A DNA stretch of 64,000 bases from Roseateles sp. (GTDB lineage Bacteria > Pseudomonadota > Gammaproteobacteria > Burkholderiales > Burkholderiaceae_C): assembly GCA_036401055.1 (NCBI GenBank), contig DASWWC010000109.1, forward strand, positions 1,563-65,562, read 5' to 3'. Shown here piece by piece: positions 57,005 to 64,000 of this stretch. Each line of letters begins with the position of its first letter. Within the stretch, counting starts at the first letter, position 1. A program made the position numbers and the translations under genes. Under the pieces are notes generated by a model, which saw nothing but the letters and a program-made list of their open reading frames with translations, was not told the DNA's origin and made no database searches.

Positions 57005-59620
57005 ATGCGGAAGAACCGTCTGAGCGTGCTCATCAGCGCGCTGTTCGTGCTGCCCGGCGTGGCCGTTGCGCAGCAGGCCACCCCCGACACCAAGGCCGAG
57101 TCCAAGAACGAACTGGAGACCGTCACGGTCGTCGGCATCCGGGCCGCGGTGCGCAATGCGCTGCAGGCCAAGGAGCTGAGCAACAGCATCATCGAGAGCA
57201 TCGCGTCCGAGGACATCGGCAAGCTGCCCGACACCACCATCGCCGAGTCGCTGGCCCGCCTGCCCGGCCTGGCCGCTGGCATCGACCGCGGCAACGCCAG
57301 CCAGATCGTCGCGCGCGGCCTGGGCCCGCGCTTCATCGGGGCGACGCTGAACGGCCGCGAGTTCGCGTCGTCCGAGCCCGACCGCGCGGTGCGCTTCGAG
57401 ATGTTCCCGTCCGAGTCGGTCTCGGGCGCCACCATCCACAAGACACAGTCGGCCGAGATCGTCGAAGGCGGCATTGCCACCAGCATCGACCTGCAGACCG
57501 TGTCCCCGCTGGCGCTGCGCGAGCGCTCGCTGTCGCTGAAGGCCGATGCACTGTACTACCAGCTGGGCAAGGACATCGATGGCGCCAAGAAGTACGCGCC
57601 GCGCCTGGGCGGCATCTACGTTGACCAGTTCGGCAACCGCACGCTGGGCGTGGCGCTGGCCTTCAGCTACTACGACCAGCCCTCGCTGGAGGACCGTGTC
57701 GACCACTGGGGCTTCAACACGACGAACTTCGCGCCGGCCGTGGGCATCGAGCCCTGGGGCTTCCAGCACAAGGTCAAGCGCGGCACCAACAAGCGTTCCA
57801 GCGTGCTGGGCAAGGTGGAGTTCAAACCCGATGCCAACTTCCAGCTGACCGCCGACGTCTACGCCGCGCGCTCGCGCATCCATGAGCCCGAGCTGTACCA
57901 CACGGTGGACATTGGCAACTGGGACGGCTGGCGTTCCGGGGCCTACAGCAAGATCACCAAGGACGGCAACTACGTCACCGGCGCCACCGTCGCCGACGTG
58001 GACCTGAAGACCATCAACTCGCTGTGGAAGCAGAACATGTCCAACTTCGCGACCGGCGTGAACGCGAAGTGGAAGGCCGGCGAATGGCAGTTGGAGGCCG
58101 ACGCCGCCTACTCCAAGGCCGACCGCGACACCTTCTGGTCCGCCATCGGCCTGGACATGCTGAACAAGGGCACGGTCACCTGGAACTTCCCGCGCGATCA
58201 GTGGATGACCTATGGCTTTAGCGCCGACACGGGCAACCCCGCCGCTTACGGCAACTGGAGCTACGAGACCTGGGGCCCCAGCTACGCCGGCACGTTGCAT
58301 GACCGCCTGGACTCGCAGCAGCTGACCGCCAGCCGCCGCCTGGCCTGGGGTGATGTCAACAAGATCAAGATGGGCCTGCGCGCCACGCAGCGCGGCAAGT
58401 CCTACGAGCAGGTGTCGTGGAACTACGGCAGCAACGCCACCATCGCCACCAGTGACCTGCAGCGCGTGACCGTCGCTGGCCGCCCCGACTTCGTCGCACT
58501 GGGCAGCGGCTTCGAGGAGGCCGTCACCAAGTACTTCGGCGCCGCCGCGTTGAGCGCCGCCGGCCGCACGCCGACGAACTGGGACAAGGTCGGCAACAAC
58601 TGGAGCGCCAGCGAGGACGGCGTCGCGGCCTTCGTGCAGGCCGACCTGGCCGGCACGCTGGGTGGCCTGAACTACCGCGGCAACGCGGGCCTGCGCGTGG
58701 CGCACAGCAGCCAGACCGGCTATGGCTACGAGCAGGTCAACGGCGGCACGCTGAAGGCCGTGTCCGATGGCACGAGCTACACCAAGGTGCTGCCCAGCCT
58801 CAACCTCGTGCTGAGCCTGGACAGCGAGGACGAGCACCAGCTGCGCGTCGGCGTCGCCCGCGCGCTGTCGCGCGCGCCGCTGGACGTGATGAACGCGGCT
58901 CACACCGTCAACATCGACCCCAACGGCGTGCAGCCCACCACCATCTCGGGCGGCAACCCGCGCCTGAAGCCCATGATGGCCGACCAGCTGGACATCAGCT
59001 ACCAGTACTACTTCGGCAAGGGCGGCCTGGTGTCGGCGGGCGCGTTCTACAAGAAGGTGACCGACTACATCGGCATCGCGTCGGTGGCCGGCACCTACGA
59101 AGGCAAGCCGGCGTTCTACAGCAGCCAAGTCAACCGTGACGGTGGCACGGTGAAGGGCCTGGAGCTGGTCTACCAGCAGGCGTTCACGTCGCTGCCCGCG
59201 CCGTGGAACGGCCTGGGCGTGTCGACGAACTACACCTACACGACCAGCGACATCAAGGAGAACGGCGACCGCAGCGGCGCGACCTGGGTGCCCATCTCGG
59301 CCAACGGCCTGATGAAGCACAACAGCGGCCTGACGCTCTGGTACGAGCGCAACGGCTTCGAGGCACGCCTGGCCGCGAACCGCCACTCGGCCTACCACCG
59401 CGCGCCGACCTGGGACTCCACCGCCTTCCAGAAGAACGGCGACGAGACCTGGGTGTCCATCAACCTCGCCCAGCAGATCACGCCGCAGCTGCAGGCGCGT
59501 TTCGGCATCGAGAACGCGACCAACCAGCGTGTGACCTACAGCGACCCGCAGTACGCGCTGCGCCAGGTGAACTTCCAGTTCGGACGCCGCTTCAACATCG
59601 GTGTGAGCTACAAGTTGTGA
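57005..59620 (+). CDS. TonB-dependent transporter
   Basis: SD GGAG; TonB box ETVTVVG; ESIASEDIGKLPDTTIAESLARLPG; GNPRLKP; C-terminal YKL. Confidence 0.95.
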   Translation: MRKNRLSVLISALFVLPGVAVAQQATPDTKAESKNELETVTVVGIRAAVRNALQAKELSNSIIESIASEDIGKLPDTTIAESLARLPGLAAGIDRGNASQIVARGLGPRFIGATLNGREFASSEPDRAVRFEMFPSESVSGATIHKTQSAEIVEGGIATSIDLQTVSPLALRERSLSLKADALYYQLGKDIDGAKKYAPRLGGIYVDQFGNRTLGVALAFSYYDQPSLEDRVDHWGFNTTNFAPAVGIEPWGFQHKVKRGTNKRSSVLGKVEFKPDANFQLTADVYAARSRIHEPELYHTVDIGNWDGWRSGAYSKITKDGNYVTGATVADVDLKTINSLWKQNMSNFATGVNAKWKAGEWQLEADAAYSKADRDTFWSAIGLDMLNKGTVTWNFPRDQWMTYGFSADTGNPAAYGNWSYETWGPSYAGTLHDRLDSQQLTASRRLAWGDVNKIKMGLRATQRGKSYEQVSWNYGSNATIATSDLQRVTVAGRPDFVALGSGFEEAVTKYFGAAALSAAGRTPTNWDKVGNNWSASEDGVAAFVQADLAGTLGGLNYRGNAGLRVAHSSQTGYGYEQVNGGTLKAVSDGTSYTKVLPSLNLVLSLDSEDEHQLRVGVARALSRAPLDVMNAAHTVNIDPNGVQPTTISGGNPRLKPMMADQLDISYQYYFGKGGLVSAGAFYKKVTDYIGIASVAGTYEGKPAFYSSQVNRDGGTVKGLELVYQQAFTSLPAPWNGLGVSTNYTYTTSDIKENGDRSGATWVPISANGLMKHNSGLTLWYERNGFEARLAANRHSAYHRAPTWDSTAFQKNGDETWVSINLAQQITPQLQARFGIENATNQRVTYSDPQYALRQVNFQFGRRFNIGVSYKL

Positions 59621-59709
59621 GCCCCTCGCCCAGTCTCGCCCGGCTGAACGCCGGCGAGTCTGGTCGGTCCCTCTGGGGGCCGGCTTGGGGCGGCCCGGCG
59701 CTCGGCCCG
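59618..59709 (+). repeat. Structured intergenic repeat, copy D (internally shortened)
   Basis: TGA-GCCCCTCG...GTCGGTCCCTCTGGGGGCCGGCTTGGGGCGGCCCGGCGCTCGGCCCG; lacks the central GGCGATG hairpin. Confidence 0.88.
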
Positions 59710-59741
59710 AAGACCCCACGCTTGCGCAAAATGGCGCGTTC

Positions 59742-60662
59742 ATGAAGAACCGTTTTCTGCTCGTGCTGCCGCTGGCCTGCGGGCTGGGCCTGCTGGCCTG
59801 GGCCTGGTGGTCCGATCCGGCGCCGCCGTCCGTGCCGGACGAGGCGCCGCCAAGCTTGAGGCCGCCCGCGCTGCTGGCGCTGGGCGCCACACCCACCGAC
59901 GTTGCTGCGGTGGCCGCGCCGCCGGGTCAAGGCAAGGACTGTGCACCCGTCGTGCCGCTGCCGCCGCATGAAGAAGTGCTCGCCACGCAGCGAGCCCTGG
60001 CCTCGCTCACCAGCGCATCGGGCGGCGACGCCGTGCTGGCGCTGCTGCTGCACAAGCCCGCGGCCGACGATCAAGCCGCGCAGGCACGGTGGGCCGCCCA
60101 GGTGCGTGAGGCTGCGTTGCGCTCCGGTGATGTGGTCGCGCTGCGCTGGGCCGCCGGCGCCTGCCGTGAGTTGCCGCAGGCCACCGCCTGCCGCCGCGAG
60201 CTGCTGCAGCAGCGCCTGCGGCTGGAGCCGGACAACGGCCTGCACTGGCTGGAGTGGCTGCATGAAGACCCCGGCGCGGCCGACGAGGCCTGGGCCGGTC
60301 TGGCCGCGTCACGTCACTGGCGGGAGCGCCCCGCGGCCTGGCGCGAGCGGCTGGATCGTGCGCTGCCCCCGGGCTTGCCGGCCGCGCAGCGCCAGGTCTT
60401 GCTGGCGCGCCTGGTGCAGCGCGAGGTCGACTGGTCGCCTGCGCCGCCGACCGATCTCGCGCAGGTCTGCGGCCATTGGGGGCCGGGTCATGCCCTGGGC
60501 GCGGCGTGTCACCACGCGAGCACGCTGATGCTGACCCAGGCCGACTCGCCCCGCGCCCGCGCGCAGGGCGAGCAGCTGGCGCAGCTGACCGGGCAGGACG
60601 TGCCACCCGCCATCCCGGCGGCGGCGCCCGAGCCTGCGGGCTGCGTGCAATCAAGCCGGTGA
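59742..60662 (+). CDS. Hypothetical N-terminally anchored helical protein with several Cys
   Basis: N-terminal TM, Pro-rich linker, TPR-like LRLEPDNGLHWL segment; no SD seen. Confidence 0.6.
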   Translation: MKNRFLLVLPLACGLGLLAWAWWSDPAPPSVPDEAPPSLRPPALLALGATPTDVAAVAAPPGQGKDCAPVVPLPPHEEVLATQRALASLTSASGGDAVLALLLHKPAADDQAAQARWAAQVREAALRSGDVVALRWAAGACRELPQATACRRELLQQRLRLEPDNGLHWLEWLHEDPGAADEAWAGLAASRHWRERPAAWRERLDRALPPGLPAAQRQVLLARLVQREVDWSPAPPTDLAQVCGHWGPGHALGAACHHASTLMLTQADSPRARAQGEQLAQLTGQDVPPAIPAAAPEPAGCVQSSR

Positions 60663-60805
60663 GAGATTGGCCTGCCTAGGTAGCGCGCCTGAGGGCGCCG
60701 CGCAGGCCGGTTCCTAGACTGGCCTTCGACCGCACCGAGCAGCACAGGCGCGGCAGCGCGGCGCGCAAGAGTTCGCCCGCGCATCCCAACGACCGGAGAC
60801 AACCC

Positions 60806-62410
60806 ATGTTCACTTCCCGTTCTTGCGGGCGCGTCGGCGCGCTCCGCCTGGCTGCGGCCGCCTGCCTTTCCCTCAGCTCGTCGGCCTGGGCCGCCTGGGG
60901 CATCACCGACGCCAGCGGCGTGCTGACCGTCGACACCGGCGCCGGCCTGGTGTTCAAGGTCAACAAGAGCAGCGGCGACATCACGTCCATCAAGCTCAAC
61001 GGCGGCGCCGAGCTGCAGGGCCAGACCAAGTTCTCCCACATCAGCTCGGGCCTGGGCGCGCCGGCCACCTACGCGTTCTCGCCGTCGGGCACCACGGCCG
61101 TCATCACCATCACGGCATCGACGCTGAAGCACTACCTGGTCGTGCGCCGCAACGAGAACACCATCTACATGGCCACGCACATCACGGCCGAGCCGGCCGT
61201 GGGCGAGCTGCGCTGGATCACGCGCCTGAACGGCAGCGTGTTCACCGGCGTGCCGACCGAGTCCAACCTGCGCGGCACCACCGGTGCCATCGAGAGCAGC
61301 GACGTGTTCGGCAACAGCGACGGCACGACGCGTTCCAAGTACTACGGCAACCAGCGCGCCAAGGACATGACCGTGCGCGGCGTGACCGGCTCCGGCGTGG
61401 GCGTGTTCATGGTCTACGGCAACCGTGAGAGCGCGTCGGGCGGGCCGTTCTTCCGCGACATCCAGAACCAGAGCGGCACGGACACCGAGCTCTACAACTA
61501 CATGAACTCGGGCCACAACCAGACCGAGGCCTTCCGCATGGGCCTGCACGGCCCCTATGCGCTGGTGTTCACGACCGGTGGCACGCCGTCGGCCCCGGAC
61601 ATGAGTTGGATGTCGGGCCTGAACCTGCAGGGCTGGGTCAGCGGCCGCGGCAAGGTGGTGCTGAACGGCCTGTCGGGCATGGACACGGCCTACGCGTACA
61701 CGGTGGGCTTCGCGAACTCGACGGCGCAGTACTGGGGCACCACCTCCGGCAGCGGCGCCGTGACGGTGGCCAACATGAAGCCCGGTACCTATGTGATGAC
61801 GGTCTACAAGGGCGAGCTGGGCGTCTACACCGAACAGGTGTCGGTCAGCAGCGGTGGCACCACCACGCTGAACACGCGCGCCATCACGGCCGACCCCGCC
61901 GCGCAGCCCGTGCTGTGGCGCGTGGGCCAGTGGGACGGCACGCCGCTGGAGTTCCTGAACGGCCAGACGATCAACGTGCGCCACCCGCAGGACACGCGCA
62001 ACCCGTCCTGGGGGCCGGTCACTTACGCGGTCGGCAGCGCGACGAACAAGTTCCCCGGCGCGATCTGGAAGGACAAGAACAGCGGCACGCAGATCACCTT
62101 CAACCTCACCAGCGCCCAGCTGGCCGCGCGCACGGTCCGCATCGGCATCTCGGCGGCCTACGCCAACGCCCGCCCGCAGATCAGCGTGAACGGCTGGACA
62201 TCGGCCGTGCCCACGGCATCCAGCCAGCCCAGCTCCCGCTCGCTGACCATCGGCACCTACCGCGGCAACAACGCGACCTTCACCTATAGCGTGCCGGCCA
62301 GCGCCTTCGTGGCGGGCACCAACACGGTGACCATCCATGCGGCGTCGGGCAGCGGCAGCACGGGCTTCCTCAGCGCGGGCTTTGCGGTGGACTGCGTGGA
62401 CATGTACTGA
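60806..62410 (+). CDS. Rhamnogalacturonan lyase, PL4 (RhgB-like), secreted
   Basis: VDTGAGLVFKV, SHISSGLG, GELRWITRL, TRSKYY, GGPFFRDI, YMNSGH, GLHGPYAL, GTYRGNN. Confidence 0.9.
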   Translation: MFTSRSCGRVGALRLAAAACLSLSSSAWAAWGITDASGVLTVDTGAGLVFKVNKSSGDITSIKLNGGAELQGQTKFSHISSGLGAPATYAFSPSGTTAVITITASTLKHYLVVRRNENTIYMATHITAEPAVGELRWITRLNGSVFTGVPTESNLRGTTGAIESSDVFGNSDGTTRSKYYGNQRAKDMTVRGVTGSGVGVFMVYGNRESASGGPFFRDIQNQSGTDTELYNYMNSGHNQTEAFRMGLHGPYALVFTTGGTPSAPDMSWMSGLNLQGWVSGRGKVVLNGLSGMDTAYAYTVGFANSTAQYWGTTSGSGAVTVANMKPGTYVMTVYKGELGVYTEQVSVSSGGTTTLNTRAITADPAAQPVLWRVGQWDGTPLEFLNGQTINVRHPQDTRNPSWGPVTYAVGSATNKFPGAIWKDKNSGTQITFNLTSAQLAARTVRIGISAAYANARPQISVNGWTSAVPTASSQPSSRSLTIGTYRGNNATFTYSVPASAFVAGTNTVTIHAASGSGSTGFLSAGFAVDCVDMY

Positions 62411-62453
62411 TGCCGCCGGGGCGAGGCGTGCCGTCGGGCGCTTCGCCCCGCCA

Positions 62454-63455
62454 TCAATCGGACCAGGGCGCACCGCACAGCGGGCAGCCGGTCGGCTTGT
62501 CGCCCAGCCGCAGGCGCATGGTCACGTCGCCCTCGCAGCTGTCGCACAGCCCGCTGTCGGGCACGTGGCCCAGCAGCGCATCGCGCCGCAGGATGCGGGC
62601 CCGCTGCGCGGCGGCACGGCGGACGGGGGACTTGGCCTCGTCCTCCAGCAGCTTCTGCGCGGCGCGCTTCAGCGACTTGAGTTCGCGCAGCGGCTCTTGC
62701 TCCTGCTCGGGGGCGCCGAGAAAGAGCTGCCCGCGCGAGGGGGCGGCGACCTCGATCACCAGCTGCCCGTGGCGCGGGTCGTCCTGGACGTCCATGCGGT
62801 AGAGGCCGCGGCAGGTCAGCGCCGCCTCGCGGTCCTCGGTGAGGCTGCGTGGCTTGGTGGCCAGGTCGTTGAAGAAGCGCTCCAGGTCGCGCCGGGCCAG
62901 CTGGATCTTGCCGGCGCAGCCCTGCCGTCCGTTGGTGCGGATCGCCAGGATGCCGGCCTCCAGCGTCAGGCTGAAGTACTTGCCGACCACGGCGCCGGGC
63001 GCCGGCACGCCGGCGGCCTCGAAGAGGTCGGCATAGATGCCGGCCGGCCAGCGGGCCGCGGCCCGCGCTTGTGCGCCGCCGACGTCCTGGTCGGTGGCTA
63101 CATAGGCGTCCAGCAGCTGGCTGAGGAAATCGTCGTTGTCGTGCAGCTGGCGGGCCAGTCCGTCGCTCTCCTTCAGCAGGCCCGGCGCCTGGCGGCGTAT
63201 CAGCTCGGCCAGCTCGCGCGTGTCGGCCAGATGCTTGCCCACGCCGCCGAGATGCCCGCGCAGCAGTTGCTCGTAGGTGGCGACGCGCTGCGCCTGCTGC
63301 GCGATCTGGGCCTTGGCCTGGGCCAGGCCATGCTCATGCCCCAGCCGCCAGGAACGCGCGCTGGCGCTGGCCTTGGCCTGGCGCTGCAACACCAGCAGCA
63401 GCAACAGCACGCAGCACAGCACCAGCAGGGCGATGTAGCCGGCTAGGGCAAGCAT
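62454..63455 (-). CDS. Hypothetical membrane-anchored protein with C-terminal Zn-ribbon
   Basis: N-terminal hydrophobic helix, coiled-coil segments, CDSC-x14-CPLC at the C-terminus; start uncertain. Confidence 0.65.
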   Translation of the reverse strand: MLALAGYIALLVLCCVLLLLLVLQRQAKASASARSWRLGHEHGLAQAKAQIAQQAQRVATYEQLLRGHLGGVGKHLADTRELAELIRRQAPGLLKESDGLARQLHDNDDFLSQLLDAYVATDQDVGGAQARAAARWPAGIYADLFEAAGVPAPGAVVGKYFSLTLEAGILAIRTNGRQGCAGKIQLARRDLERFFNDLATKPRSLTEDREAALTCRGLYRMDVQDDPRHGQLVIEVAAPSRGQLFLGAPEQEQEPLRELKSLKRAAQKLLEDEAKSPVRRAAAQRARILRRDALLGHVPDSGLCDSCEGDVTMRLRLGDKPTGCPLCGAPWSD

Positions 63456-63579
63456 TCGCCGTCCGGCAAGCGGAGAGGGATCTTCATGGGGACGGATTCT
63501 GGGCTCATGTCGCGGCGGGCCGGATTCCAGTGGCCATGCTCGAGTGAACGATGCCACGTTGCAAGCCTTTGCGGGTGCC

Positions 63580-63612
63580 GCCGCCCGGCAAGCCCATGGC
63601 TTGCCGGGCGGC
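63580..63612. terminator. 15-bp perfect hairpin downstream of the EF-G paralog
   Basis: GCCGCCCGGCAAGCC-cat-GGCTTGCCGGGCGGC; no U-tract. Confidence 0.5.
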
Positions 63613-63624
63613 ACGGGGCCGCGT

Positions 63625-64000
63625 TCAGGCGGCCCGCGCGGCGCGAGCCGGCGCCGGCGCGTAGTGGTCCAGCTGCATCGTGAACTGCGCGCGGCCCGAG
63701 CTGAGCGCGCGCAGCTGGCCGATGTAGCCGAACATGCGCTCCAGCGGCACGTGTGCGCTCAAAACGACTGCGTTGCCGCGCGTGTCCTGGCCCTGCACCT
63801 GGCCGCGCCGGCGCAGCAGGTCGCCGATGACGTCGCCCACATGCTCCGCCGGCGTGATGACTTCGACGGCCATCATGGGTTCCAGCACCACGGGTGAGGC
63901 CTTCAGCACGGCCTCGCGCAGCGCGGTCGCCGCGGCCAGCTCGAAGGCCAGCGCGGACGAGTCGCGCACGTGGGCGCTGCCGTCCACCAGCACGGCCTCG
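63625..64000 (-). CDS. fusA: Elongation factor G paralog, C-terminal part (5' end outside the window)
   Basis: [52 protein letters not shown]; not followed by tuf. Confidence 0.88.
   Translation of the reverse strand, partial: EAVLVDGSAHVRDSSALAFELAAATALREAVLKASPVVLEPMMAVEVITPAEHVGDVIGDLLRRRGQVQGQDTRGNAVVLSAHVPLERMFGYIGQLRALSSGRAQFTMQLDHYAPAPARAARAA

Noticed and set aside
12783-59709. Four-copy repeat as a CRISPR array or classical IS/MITE
   Set aside because: Dispersed rather than arrayed; no spacers, cas genes, terminal inverted repeats or transposase
743-62473. Many very long ORFs antisense or frame-shifted to real genes (e.g. 743..3400+, 12880..15519+, 21811..24537+, 45315..48473-, 56972..59896-)
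   Set aside because: Shadow ORFs expected from high-GC codon bias; Arg/Gly/Ala-rich, motif-free and overlapping well-supported genes
1-64000. tRNA, rRNA, prophage or defence-system genes
   Set aside because: None recognisable by eye; coding density and gene content leave little room

Overview
High-GC (roughly 70% by eye) chromosomal region, most likely from a plant-polysaccharide-degrading Burkholderiales bacterium (Roseateles/Pelomonas-like; taxon is inference). It is almost entirely carbohydrate catabolism. (1) A ~25 kb minus-strand xyloglucan/xylose cluster: ROK xylR-xylB-xylA-TonB-dependent transporter (TBDT)-GH35-GH74-GH95-SGNH esterase-GH1-GH1-GPH symporter-GH43-GH39-GH5-GH5, divergent from a flavin-dependent halogenase and GH31 alpha-xylosidase. 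(2) A GH9-MFS-GH27-CE4 unit behind a perfect LacI-type palindrome. (3) An AgaR locus (DMT transporter-agaZ-agaS-BadF-type kinase-agaR, divergent from TBDT-amidohydrolase-GH36-GH27) with no recognisable agaA, agaY or tagatose-6-P kinase in the window. (4) PL11 and PL4 rhamnogalacturonan lyases, a ricin-DUF4874/4832-like protein, a fasciclin lipoprotein, a third TBDT and a partial EF-G paralog. The most striking unannotated signal is a ~90-140 nt structured intergenic element in four copies. It is always sense-oriented, always starts at the upstream gene's TGA and shows compensatory base changes. In every copy an NTGA start overlapping that stop opens a mini-ORF (a two-step relay in one copy) that ends in an ATGA overlap with the next gene's start, suggesting a translational-coupling bridge. 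All family calls come from motif recognition only; no database searches were run.
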